From the NCBI GenBank assembly GCA_964348765.1, contig CAYGEE010000002.1, forward strand, positions 1 through 48,515: 48,515 bases of DNA, given 5' to 3'. Position numbers and translations under genes: made by a program. The notes under the pieces were generated by a model that saw nothing but the letters and a program-made list of their open reading frames with translations, made no database searches and was not told the origin of the DNA. This stretch comes from an uncultured Planctomycetales bacterium (GTDB taxonomy: Bacteria > Omnitrophota > Gorgyraeia > Zapsychrales > Zapsychraceae). How positions within the stretch are numbered: the first letter of the stretch is position 1; each line of letters begins with the position of its first letter. Shown here one piece after another: positions 8,685 to 17,073 of the stretch.

Positions 8685-9560
8685 ATGAATAGTCTATCTC
8701 TTTTGTCTCCCGCCAAAGTTAATCTTTATCTAAAGGTTATTAATAAACGTCCTGATGGATTCCATAATATCTCGACGGTATTTGAAAGGATCGATCTGTG
8801 TGATGTGATCGGTCTGAAAGTTACTTCTACAGACAAGGTAAGAGTATTTTGTGATCATCCGCATGTTCCCACGGGGAAAAAGAATCTTGTTGTGAAGGTC
8901 GCAAGGATCTTAAAAGAAGAATACGGTGTTTGTAAGGGAGTTGATATCACGATCAAAAAACATATCCCTGTTGCTGCCGGTCTAGCCGGCGGATCAAGTA
9001 ATGCGGCAACGGTATTAATGGGGCTCAATCGTCTATGGGCCTTAAAGTTATCTAAGATAACTTTGCTAAGCATCGCTGATCGGATTGGCAGTGATGTAGC
9101 TTTTTTTATTCATAATGTCTCTTGGGCTGTTGGAACGGATCGAGGCAATAAGATCGAGACTTTGAACTTGAAATCTAAGCTTTGGCATGTCATTGTGACC
9201 CCCAAAATGAAGCTGTATTCTGGGGAAGTTTATCAGGCTTTAAATCTGCGTTCTGGTCCAATGAATATATTGACAAAAAAGGATGATAATGTTACTATCC
9301 TAATCCATAATTTGCGAAAAAGTAATATGCGGGGCATTAACTCGTTTTTAAAAAATGATCTGGAATCGGCGATCTTGCGTTTAAAGCCTAGTTTGCTGAA
9401 GTTAAAAGAGAGACTCAACTCGTTGAAAACGTTGGGTGTTATGGTTTCCGGAAGCGGCCCTTCGGTGTATGCGCTGGTGGACAATAAAAAGCATGCGCTA
9501 AACCTTCAAAAGGTTTTACGAAAGACCTACTCTCAGGTGTTTGTTGCTCAAACGCTTTAA
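8685..9560 (+). CDS. ispE: 4-diphosphocytidyl-2-C-methyl-D-erythritol kinase
   Basis: 'SPAKVNLYLKV..RPDGFH' and 'IPVAAGLAGGSSNAA' (GHMP kinase motif). The ORF track starts at TTG 8682; the ATG at 8685 is preferred. Confidence 0.9.
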   Translation: MNSLSLLSPAKVNLYLKVINKRPDGFHNISTVFERIDLCDVIGLKVTSTDKVRVFCDHPHVPTGKKNLVVKVARILKEEYGVCKGVDITIKKHIPVAAGLAGGSSNAATVLMGLNRLWALKLSKITLLSIADRIGSDVAFFIHNVSWAVGTDRGNKIETLNLKSKLWHVIVTPKMKLYSGEVYQALNLRSGPMNILTKKDDNVTILIHNLRKSNMRGINSFLKNDLESAILRLKPSLLKLKERLNSLKTLGVMVSGSGPSVYALVDNKKHALNLQKVLRKTYSQVFVAQTL

Positions 9561-9609
9561 GATCGTCAGCCGGGCTTTTGATCATTCGTTTTAAAAGGAG
9601 TTTCGTGCT

Positions 9610-10017
9610 ATGGAGATCACAGAGATCCGCGTTTTTTTAAAAGAAGGTCAAGATAAGAAATTAAAAGCTTATACGACGGTAACTTTCGACGGAGCTTTCG
9701 TCGTCCGAAATATAAAAGTGATCCAAGGTTCAAGCGGTTTGTTTATTGCAATGCCGTCACGCAAGATGAAACATTCTTGTTCGAAGTGTAATTTTAAGAA
9801 TGAAATTGGAAGTAAATTTTGCAATCAATGCGGAGCGGTTATTTTTATTGTAAGGGAAAGAGTCGGGGTTTCTGAAGCGAAAGAGGAGCATCGAGATATT
9901 GCGCATCCGATCACGCAGCAGTTTCGTGAAACATTGCAAAATCGTATTTTGGACGCCTATAAAAAAGAAATTGAGCTTGGTCCGTCCGCTGGCAGTCATT
10001 CTGAATATTCAGAATAA
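9610..10017 (+). CDS. spoVG: SpoVG-family protein with an inserted zinc ribbon
   Basis: 'MEITEIRV..LKAYTTVTFDGAFVVRNIKVIQGSSGLFIAMPSRK' and 'HRDIAHPIT' match SpoVG. About 40 extra residues containing 'CSKC..(10)..CNQCG' sit between them. Confidence 0.85.
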   Translation: MEITEIRVFLKEGQDKKLKAYTTVTFDGAFVVRNIKVIQGSSGLFIAMPSRKMKHSCSKCNFKNEIGSKFCNQCGAVIFIVRERVGVSEAKEEHRDIAHPITQQFRETLQNRILDAYKKEIELGPSAGSHSEYSE

Positions 10018-10097
10018 CGGTTTTTTTAATGTCATATTTATTGCTAAATTATTAGCAGTAAATTCTTCTTTTTGAAATTTTGGTTATTGTCAATTGC

Positions 10098-10171
10098 TGC
10101 CCGGTGGTGTAATGGTAACACTCGAGAATTTGGATCTCGCTTTCCAGGTTCGAATCCTGGCTGGGCAACCA
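10098..10171 (+). tRNA. tRNA-Gln (anticodon UUG)
   Basis: Hand-folded cloverleaf: acceptor TGCCCGG/CTGGGCA, D arm GTGT-AATGGTA-ACAC, anticodon arm CGAGA-ATTTGGA-TCTCG (TTG), variable CTTT, T arm CCAGG-TTCGAAT-CCTGG, discriminator A, encoded CCA. Total 74 nt. Confidence 0.9.
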
Positions 10172-10264
10172 GTCTTCGCTCAATTATTTTTGTGTTGAGC
10201 TTCGCCTGGTCTGCTAAATGAATTTTTATTTTGTGAGTGAATCCGGAGAGTTCGGTAAAGTTTT

Positions 10265-11527
10265 ATGCCAGATGTAAAGACGATCATTTTAGCGGCAGGA
10301 AAAGGGACCCGGATGAGATCGGGAACACCGAAGGTTTTACATCCTGTTTGCGGACGGCCGATATTGCAGTACGTTTTAGAAGTGGCGAAGAAGATCGGAT
10401 CTTTGAAAACTTATGTTGTTTTAGGGCATCAATTTGAGGATGTTAAAAAAACATTATCTTCTGATTGTATCGCTGTTAAGCAAGAGAAACTTTTAGGGAC
10501 GGCTGATGCGGTAAAGCAGGTCGTAAAATTCCTTAAAGGGTTTTCCGGTGATGTTGTCGTTATGTGCGGCGACACACCTCTTCTTGAGGCAGCGACGATC
10601 AAGGGATTGATCGCAAAGCATCGTTTAACAAAAGCATCTGTAACGGTGCTAAGTGCTGTTGTTGATGAGCCGGCCGGATACGGGCGGATGGTCCGTGATG
10701 CGAAGGGCCAGGTGATGGCCATTCGTGAAGATAAAGACGCTTCTGAGAGTGAAAAAAAGATCAGCGAGATCAACGTTGGTGTCTATTGTTTTAAGAGTCG
10801 GGAGCTTTGTGCCGGATTATCGCAAATTAAATTAAATCCGAAGAAAAAAGAATATTATTTGACGGATATTATTGATCTTTTTTATAAAAAAAATTTTAAA
10901 GGTGAGACTTTTATCGTTTCTGATTTTCGTGAGGGTTTGGGTGTTAATGATCGTCGAGATCTGGCGAATGCGGAAGCTGTTATGAGACGTAAGATCTTAA
11001 ATGATCTGATGTTAAGTGGCGTAACGATCGTTGATCCTGAGTCGACGCATATTGATAGAGATGTTGTTATTGGACAGGATACGGTTATTCGTCCGTTTAC
11101 GGTGATTGAAAATGATGTGACGATCGGCAAGAATTGCCGGATCGGTCCTTTTTGTCATCTTCGTCCGGGTACGCGCCTAGCTGATCATGTTGAGATCGGG
11201 AATTTTACGGAAGTTTCCCGTACGTCGATCGGCGATAAGACGCTTATGAAGCATTTTAGTTTTATGGGTGATGCCGTTATCGGGAAAAATGTGAATATCG
11301 GTGCGGGTTCGATCACGGCAAATTATGATGGGAAGAATAAACATCAGACGAAGATTTCTGATAATGCGTTTATTGGTTCCGATTCGATCTTGGTTGCTCC
11401 GGTCAGTGTCGGTAAAGGTTCTATGACGGGAGCGGGAAGTGTCTTGACAAAAAAAAGAAGTGTTCCTGACGGTTGCATTGCAGTCGGTGTGCCGGCAAGG
11501 ATTTTTTCGAGGAGAACATCTCAATGA
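10265..11527 (+). CDS. glmU: Bifunctional UDP-GlcNAc pyrophosphorylase / GlcN-1-P N-acetyltransferase
   Basis: 'ILAAGKGTRMRS..PKVLH' nucleotidyltransferase motif plus C-terminal left-handed beta-helix hexapeptide repeats. 420 aa. Confidence 0.9.
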   Translation: MPDVKTIILAAGKGTRMRSGTPKVLHPVCGRPILQYVLEVAKKIGSLKTYVVLGHQFEDVKKTLSSDCIAVKQEKLLGTADAVKQVVKFLKGFSGDVVVMCGDTPLLEAATIKGLIAKHRLTKASVTVLSAVVDEPAGYGRMVRDAKGQVMAIREDKDASESEKKISEINVGVYCFKSRELCAGLSQIKLNPKKKEYYLTDIIDLFYKKNFKGETFIVSDFREGLGVNDRRDLANAEAVMRRKILNDLMLSGVTIVDPESTHIDRDVVIGQDTVIRPFTVIENDVTIGKNCRIGPFCHLRPGTRLADHVEIGNFTEVSRTSIGDKTLMKHFSFMGDAVIGKNVNIGAGSITANYDGKNKHQTKISDNAFIGSDSILVAPVSVGKGSMTGAGSVLTKKRSVPDGCIAVGVPARIFSRRTSQ

Positions 11528-12474
11528 ACGGGATATCTGTTTTTACTGGGAATGCCAATCCATTGTTGGCAAAAGAGATTTGTGAGTTTTTAAAGGTTTC
11601 ATTGACGGAAGTGCTGGTGTCGCGTTTTAGTGAAGGTGAAATTCGCGTCGAGATCCTGGAAAATATTCGAGGGAAAGATGTTTTTATCATTCAGCCGACG
11701 TGTCCGCCGGCCAATGATAATCTGATGGAGCTTTTGATCATGATCGATGCGGCTCGACGAGCTTCGGCGGATCGCATTACGGCTGTTCTTCCGTATTACG
11801 GTTATGCGCGTCAAGATCGAAAAGATAAGCCGCGTGTTCCGATCACGGCGAAATTAGTTGCGAATTTGATCGTTGCGGCTGGAGCAGAAAGAGTTCTGAC
11901 GCTCGATTTACATGCGAATCAGATCCAAGGGTTCTTTGATATTCCGGTCGATCATCTTTATGGCATCAACGAGATCTGTGATCATTTTAATAAAAAGAAA
12001 ATTGAGAATCCGGTCGTTGTTTCTCCGGATGTTGGCGGCATCAAAATGGCTCGCGCGTATGCCAAACGATTGCAGGCGGATCTGGCGATCGTTGATAAAA
12101 GACGATATACTCCTGACAAAACTGAGGTCATGCATATTTTGGGTTCGGTTAAGGGAAAGAATGCGATCATCGTCGATGATATTGTGGCAACGGCGGGGTC
12201 CTTGATCGAGGCTGTTTCGGCTTTAAGGCAGGAGGGTGTAAAAGATGTGTACGCCGCGATAACTCATGGTATACTTTCTGGCGATGCGATAAGCCGGGTC
12301 GCTAAATGTGAGGGTTTAAAAGAACTGGTGGTCACAAACAGTATTCCTTTGTCTGATGAAAAACGGATCAGTAAGATCCATTCTGTTAGTGTCGCAGCGC
12401 TTTTGGCGGAAGCAATTCAACGTATTCACAATGAGGAATCGATCAGCTGTTTGTTTGATGAAATAAGGAATTAA
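11524..12474 (+). CDS. prs: Ribose-phosphate pyrophosphokinase
   Basis: 'VFTGNANPLLAKEI..', 'YYGYARQDRK' and 'DLHANQIQGFF' are PRPP synthetase motifs. The ATG at 11524 overlaps the glmU stop (ATGA). The ORF-track start at 11473 lies inside glmU and is unlikely. Confidence 0.92.
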   Translation: MNGISVFTGNANPLLAKEICEFLKVSLTEVLVSRFSEGEIRVEILENIRGKDVFIIQPTCPPANDNLMELLIMIDAARRASADRITAVLPYYGYARQDRKDKPRVPITAKLVANLIVAAGAERVLTLDLHANQIQGFFDIPVDHLYGINEICDHFNKKKIENPVVVSPDVGGIKMARAYAKRLQADLAIVDKRRYTPDKTEVMHILGSVKGKNAIIVDDIVATAGSLIEAVSALRQEGVKDVYAAITHGILSGDAISRVAKCEGLKELVVTNSIPLSDEKRISKIHSVSVAALLAEAIQRIHNEESISCLFDEIRN

Positions 12475-12479
12475 TCTTA

Positions 12480-12507
12480 AAATGTCAAATGTCAAATTTC
12501 AAATTTG
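12480..12507. repeat. Four tandem 7-nt units (AAATGTC AAATGTC AAATTTC AAATTTG)
   Basis: Read directly from the prs/rplY spacer. No convincing inverted arm. Confidence 0.7.
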
Positions 12508-12544
12508 GAATTAGTCATTAACTAAAAAAGGCAGGGGAAAAGCG

Positions 12545-13258
12545 ATGGAAGAAATAAAATTAGAAGTTCAAATAAGAAATCGAATTGGCAGCCGTAAAAT
12601 TAAAAGTGTGAGAAGTCAGGATCAGATCCCAGCGATAGTTTATGGCGGGAAAAAAGAACCAACGCCGATCCAGGTTGACCGCAGAAGCTATGAGAAGATC
12701 ATGCGTCATCACCGCGGGCAGAATGTTATTTTTAATCTGAATGTTCTAGATGGCGAGAAAAAACTCCGGGACTATGCAGCGATCGTCCGTGAAGAACAGC
12801 ATGAACCTGTTTCTTATAAATTGATCCATATTGATTTTAATCGGATCGCATTGGATCAGATCATTGAAGTTAAGGTTACCATTGAGACAAAAGGGGAATC
12901 TGTTGGTGTTAAGAAGGACGGCGGATCTTTGGAACATGTTCTATGGGAGCTGGATGTTCTCTGTCTTCCGACAAAAATTCCCGCAAAGATCGAAGTTGAT
13001 GTCACGAATTTGAAGATCGGGGATGCCATTCATGTTAAGGATATTGTTTTGCCAGAGGGTGTTAAGACCAAACATGATCTTCATGCGATCGTTGTCACTG
13101 TTGCTGCTCCAATGAAGGAAGATCAGCTGATCCTGCAGGCGACGGAAAAAGTTGAAGTTGAAGTCACAAAAGAAAAGAAGAAGGATGAAGCTCCTGCTGC
13201 AGCTGGTGCAAAGTCTGAGGCTAAAGCGGAAGATAAGGGTAAGGAAAAGACTAAGTAG
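12545..13258 (+). CDS. rplY: 50S ribosomal protein L25 / general stress protein Ctc
   Basis: 237 aa. 'R...GS...R.LR....IPAIVYGG' is the N-terminal L25 motif. A long Ctc-type C-terminus ends in a Lys/Glu/Ala-rich tail. Confidence 0.88.
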   Translation: MEEIKLEVQIRNRIGSRKIKSVRSQDQIPAIVYGGKKEPTPIQVDRRSYEKIMRHHRGQNVIFNLNVLDGEKKLRDYAAIVREEQHEPVSYKLIHIDFNRIALDQIIEVKVTIETKGESVGVKKDGGSLEHVLWELDVLCLPTKIPAKIEVDVTNLKIGDAIHVKDIVLPEGVKTKHDLHAIVVTVAAPMKEDQLILQATEKVEVEVTKEKKKDEAPAAAGAKSEAKAEDKGKEKTK

Positions 13259-13334
13259 CTATTTCGTCTACTTCAGAGCTCATTCGGGGTCGTGATGTGA
13301 GTTTTGTGATGTTAAAGTAATATTTCATGAAGGC

Positions 13335-13934
13335 TTGGCATTGAGTGACGATAAGTTAATTGTCGGTTTGGGCAATCCTGGAAAAGATTATGAATTAACC
13401 CGTCATAATCTAGGGTTTCTGGTTGTTGAAGAAATTGTCCAAAGATGGAAATTGAAGTTAAAGTCGTGTTCTTTTACAAAAGCTTTGACAGCTAACGGCA
13501 TAAATGAAAATGGGGATATCCATCTTTTAATGCCGACGACGTATGTTAATAACTCTGGGTCCGCGGTGAGCGATTTCCTGAGGTATAAGAAATTATCACT
13601 TGAAAATATTCTTGTGGTTTGTGATGATATCAATCTTTCCTTTGGAGAAATGCGTTTAAAAAAGTGCGGGAGTGCCGGAGGGCATAATGGGTTGAAGTCC
13701 ATTATTAGTATTTTGGGGACGGATGATTTTGCGCGTTTACGGCTTGGCGTTGGGCATCCGGGGTCAAAAGAAAAAGTTGTCCAGTTCGTCTTAGAGGATT
13801 TCTCAAAAGACGAATCAAAAAATTTGGACGGGTTTATCGATCAGGCGGCAGATTGCTGCTTGCAGTGGATAGAAAACGGAATAAACAAAGCGATGTCAGA
13901 TTACAACAAAAGGAAGAAAGAAAATGAAGAGTGA
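13335..13934 (+). CDS. pth: Peptidyl-tRNA hydrolase
   Basis: 'LIVGLGNPG..Y..TRHNLGF' and 'GGHNGLKS' are Pth motifs. The start is a TTG (13335 or 13341). Confidence 0.9.
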   Translation: MALSDDKLIVGLGNPGKDYELTRHNLGFLVVEEIVQRWKLKLKSCSFTKALTANGINENGDIHLLMPTTYVNNSGSAVSDFLRYKKLSLENILVVCDDINLSFGEMRLKKCGSAGGHNGLKSIISILGTDDFARLRLGVGHPGSKEKVVQFVLEDFSKDESKNLDGFIDQAADCCLQWIENGINKAMSDYNKRKKENEE

Positions 13935-14256
13935 ATTATCTAGTAAGTATGAGTTAATGCTAATTGTCGATTCGAAATTGGCAACCGACAGCAAAGAGGC
14001 CATTCTTAAACAAACTATAGATGTAGTTTCAAAAGCTGGCGGGAAAGTTATTAATAGCAGTATTTGGCTTGATAAACATCGATTGACTTTTCTGATCAAT
14101 AAATGCAACGAAGGAATGTATTATTTGTTGAATATTGAAATGGAGCGCTCTGCGGTGGATAAAATTAATTCGCAGCTTCGTTTAAATGAAAAGATCCTTC
14201 GTTTTATGTTAATTGCGGTTGATTCATGGCAAATGGCTGAAGCTGTAAAAAGCTAG
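13924..14256 (+). CDS. rpsF: 30S ribosomal protein S6
   Basis: 110 aa with a 'YELMLIVDS' bS6-like N-terminus. It sits immediately upstream of ssb and rpsR. Confidence 0.85.
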   Translation: MKSELSSKYELMLIVDSKLATDSKEAILKQTIDVVSKAGGKVINSSIWLDKHRLTFLINKCNEGMYYLLNIEMERSAVDKINSQLRLNEKILRFMLIAVDSWQMAEAVKS

Positions 14257-14318
14257 GGCGTGGAATATAAAATTTTAGATCAATTGATTTTTAAGCGTTT
14301 GGTGTAAGGAGGTTTTTG

Positions 14319-14762
14319 ATGGCTAATTTGAATAAGGTTTTTTTAATCGGGAATTTGACTCGGGATCCTGAATTGCGTTATACTCCCGGCGGAACAGCGG
14401 TCGCTAATTTAGGATTGGCTGTTAATCGTAAATTTAAGGACAGCACTGGCGCGTTAAAAGAAGAAGTCTGCTTTTTGACGGTAACAGTTTGGGATAAACA
14501 GGCTGAGGCGTGCTGTCAGTATTTACAAAAAGGCCGCCCTGTTTTTGTTGAGGGTGTTTTGCAGTCAAGATTTTGGGAAACAACTGATAAACAAAAGAGA
14601 AGCGCGATCGATGTCAGAGCTGAAAGAGTTCAATTCTTAGGAAGTTATGGTCCTACGAAGGATAAGGAAGCTGCCGAGCATCTTGAAACAGTTGAAGTTT
14701 CTGAATCAATTTCTCAGAAAAATGAATCGATCAAGCCGGAAGATATTGCGTGGGATGAATAA
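14319..14762 (+). CDS. ssb: Single-stranded DNA-binding protein
   Basis: 'NKVFLIGNLTRDPELRYTPGG.AVANLGLAVNR' OB-fold motif and an acidic C-terminal tip 'DIAWDE'. The ATG at 14319 follows AGGAGG; the ORF track begins at TTG 14316. Confidence 0.92.
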   Translation: MANLNKVFLIGNLTRDPELRYTPGGTAVANLGLAVNRKFKDSTGALKEEVCFLTVTVWDKQAEACCQYLQKGRPVFVEGVLQSRFWETTDKQKRSAIDVRAERVQFLGSYGPTKDKEAAEHLETVEVSESISQKNESIKPEDIAWDE

Positions 14763-14765
14763 AGA

Positions 14766-14829
14766 AGAAGTTAGAAGCTAGAGGTTAGAAGTTAGAATTC
14801 TAACTTCTAGCATCTAATTTCTAGTTTCT
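14766..14829 (+). repeat. Heptad-built imperfect hairpin (GTTAGAA units / TTCTAAC units) between ssb and rpsR
   Basis: Two 32-nt arms meet at 14797/14798. Pairing is 26 Watson-Crick, 4 G.U (in + strand RNA) and 2 mismatches, with a perfect 12-bp apex TAGAAGTTAGAA/TTCTAACTTCTA. Confidence 0.8.
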
Positions 14830-14870
14830 TAATTTCTAAGTATTAACCAGTAATTCAAGGAGGACGAACG

Positions 14871-15161
14871 TTGGCACATATTGATAAGAGAGGGTTTGAA
14901 AAAAAGAGATTGGAAAAAGAACGAGGGCCCCGAAGAGGAGTATCTTTTCGTAAGGCGATGTTCAGTAAATTCCTGATCCCTGGAGATACAAAAATTGATT
15001 ATAAAAATGTGAATTTCCTTCATAAGTATTTAAATGATCGAGGAAAGATCATTCCAAGGCGCATCACCGGGATATCAGCGGGGGATCAAAGGTTGCTGAC
15101 GGTGGCTATCAAGCGCGCTAGGTTTCTTGCTTTATTAAATTCAGGCGGGATCAAGAAATAA
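14871..15161 (+). CDS. rpsR: 30S ribosomal protein S18
   Basis: '[42 protein letters not shown]' is the bS18 signature. TTG start, 7 nt after AAGGAGG. Confidence 0.92.
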   Translation: MAHIDKRGFEKKRLEKERGPRRGVSFRKAMFSKFLIPGDTKIDYKNVNFLHKYLNDRGKIIPRRITGISAGDQRLLTVAIKRARFLALLNSGGIKK

Positions 15162-15174
15162 CTTTTATTTTAAA

Positions 15175-15204
15175 TGTAGGGGACGGTTGAGATCGTTCTC
15201 TACA
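15175..15204 (+). terminator. Stem-loop after rpsR (GTAGGGGACG / CGTTCTCTAC)
   Basis: 10-11 bp stem including two G.U pairs, with an 8-nt loop. No U-tract. It shares the GTAGGG stem base with other hairpins in the window. Confidence 0.35.
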
Positions 15205-15230
15205 CATATGATCGGTTAAGGAGAATTGTT

Positions 15231-15674
15231 ATGGAAATTATTTTGAATAAAGATGTTTCTCATTTGGGACAAGTTGGCGAAGTTGTAAAAGTTAAGGATG
15301 GCTATGCGAGAAATTTTTTATTTCCTCGTAATATCGCGTCATTGGCAACTTCTGCGAATTTGAAGCGGATCGAATCTTTAAAGAAGAAGCAGCGAGAGCT
15401 TTATGAACAGGAAAAACAGGAAGCTTCTAAATATGCGGAAAAGCTTAACAAGGTTTCCTGCACTGTTACTGTAGAAGTCAATGATCTTGATAAGCTTTAT
15501 GGTTCAGTTACTGAGGCTGATATTATTAAGGCTATTGAAGTCGAAGGATATAAGGTTGACAAAAAGGATCTTATTATTGAAAAGCCGGTTGAAGAGTTGG
15601 GGATTTTTGAAGTCGGCGTAAAATTACATCCGGAAGTCACTGCCAAAATTCGACTATGGGTCACCAAGAAGTAA
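15231..15674 (+). CDS. rplI: 50S ribosomal protein L9
   Basis: 'MEIILNKDV..LG..GEVVKVKDGYARNFLFP' is the bL9 N-terminal motif. 147 aa. Confidence 0.93.
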   Translation: MEIILNKDVSHLGQVGEVVKVKDGYARNFLFPRNIASLATSANLKRIESLKKKQRELYEQEKQEASKYAEKLNKVSCTVTVEVNDLDKLYGSVTEADIIKAIEVEGYKVDKKDLIIEKPVEELGIFEVGVKLHPEVTAKIRLWVTKK

Positions 15675-17005
15675 GGGTTCCTCCCCAAAATATTGAGGCT
15701 GAAAAATCTGTTTTAGGGTCGATGCTGATCGACGATGAGGCTATCGGCCTCGGCCTTGAAATTCTAGATGAAGGCTGGTTCTACGAAGAGTCCCACCGTA
15801 AGATTTATGCTGCTATCCTTGAGCTTTACAATAATCGCAAAAAGATCGATCTGATCACACTGACCGATAAATTACGTAATGATGGTCATTTGGAAGCTGT
15901 TGGCGGGGCGACATTCTTGTCGAGTTTGATCGAGTTTGTCCCAACGTCTGCGAACGTCGAGCATTATGCTGGGATCGTTAAAGAAAAGGGTATCTTAAGA
16001 GAGCTGATCAAAAGTGCTACCCAGATCGTCGCTGAAAGTTTTGCCGGGAAATCTACGGTTGAGGATATTGTAGACAACGCAGAACAGCTTATTTTTAAGA
16101 TCGCCGATCTTAAACAAAGGCAGCAGTCTTTTCATATCAAGGATCTGGTAAGAACGAGTATTGAAAATCTTGATAAGCTATATCAGCGTAAAGAACATGT
16201 CACGGGGATCCCTTCGGGGTTTAAAGATTTTGATTATATGACCTCGGGCTTGCAGAATTCCGATCTAATTATTATTGCTGGACGGCCGTCTATGGGGAAA
16301 AGCGCTTTTGCAGTTTCTATGGCGGAAAATGCGAGCATTGAGCACGGTAGGGCGGTCGCTTTCTTTAGTTTGGAAATGTCGAAGGAGTCATTGGTCCAGA
16401 GAATGCTTTGCTCGCAAGCAAGAGTTGACGCGCATAAGGTTCGTTCAGGGTTTTTGTCGCCTTCTGATTGGCCGGAGTTAACACGGGCGGCAAGTGTTTT
16501 GTCAAAATCAAAGATCTTTATTGATGATACTCCTTCGATCTCAGCTCTTGAGCTTCGTGCTAAAGCTCGCCGGTTGAAAGCAAATCATGATATTCAGTTG
16601 ATCGTTGTTGATTATTTACAGTTGATGCGCGGAGGCGGAAAAGTTGAGAGCCGTCAGCAGGAGATCTCAGAGATCTCCCGCTCGTTAAAAGCGATCGCTC
16701 GGGAATTGTCTATCCCGGTCATCGCTTTAAGCCAGCTTTCTCGAGCTGTCGAGTCTCGTCAGGATCATCGTCCGCAGTTATCTGATCTTAGGGAGTCTGG
16801 TGCGATCGAACAGGATGCGGATGTTGTCATTCTTCTGATGAGGGAAGAATATTACAACCCTACAGATGAAAATCGGGGGATCGCGGAGATCATTGTTGCA
16901 AAACAGCGTAACGGCCCTACTGGAACAGTGAAGTTGATGTTTAAAAAAGAATATATGCGTTTTGAAAGTCTTGCTCAGGTGCAAAATCTTGCACAAGTTG
17001 GTTGA
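15656..17005 (+). CDS. dnaB: Replicative DNA helicase (DnaB family)
   Basis: 'PPQNIEAEKSVLGSML', Walker A 'GRPSMGKSAF', 'VVDYLQLM' and 'IAKQRNGPTG' are all present. 449 aa. Confidence 0.95.
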   Translation: MGHQEVRVPPQNIEAEKSVLGSMLIDDEAIGLGLEILDEGWFYEESHRKIYAAILELYNNRKKIDLITLTDKLRNDGHLEAVGGATFLSSLIEFVPTSANVEHYAGIVKEKGILRELIKSATQIVAESFAGKSTVEDIVDNAEQLIFKIADLKQRQQSFHIKDLVRTSIENLDKLYQRKEHVTGIPSGFKDFDYMTSGLQNSDLIIIAGRPSMGKSAFAVSMAENASIEHGRAVAFFSLEMSKESLVQRMLCSQARVDAHKVRSGFLSPSDWPELTRAASVLSKSKIFIDDTPSISALELRAKARRLKANHDIQLIVVDYLQLMRGGGKVESRQQEISEISRSLKAIARELSIPVIALSQLSRAVESRQDHRPQLSDLRESGAIEQDADVVILLMREEYYNPTDENRGIAEIIVAKQRNGPTGTVKLMFKKEYMRFESLAQVQNLAQVG

Positions 17006-17030
17006 CTTTCATCTTTTGCCACTTTATAAT
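17002..17030 (+). promoter_or_regulatory. Putative sigma70-type promoter for the bamA-skp-lpx cluster (TTGACT-17-TATAAT)
   Basis: TTGACT at 17002-17007 (overlapping the dnaB stop), an exact 17-nt spacer, and TATAAT at 17025-17030, 44 nt upstream of the bamA ATG. Confidence 0.55.
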
Positions 17031-17073
17031 CAAACAAATTAAAAACAGTTTTTAAAATAATTTTTATTCTGAA

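Noticed and set aside
10072-10090. TTGAAA ... TATTGT as a promoter for tRNA-Gln
   Set aside because: The spacer between the two hexamers is only 7 nt, which is incompatible with a sigma70-type promoter. The tRNA is more likely co-transcribed or driven by a promoter I cannot identify.
10172-10215. GCTCAA...TTGAGC 6-bp hairpin and CTTCGC direct repeat after tRNA-Gln
   Set aside because: The stem is short with an 11-nt loop. Support is too weak to call it a terminator or processing signal.
13297-13306. 10-mer GTGAGTTTTG in the ctc|pth gap, identical to part of the 44885 hairpin arm (44887-44896)
   Set aside because: It is a single short match with no inverted partner nearby. It is within what chance could give across many comparisons.
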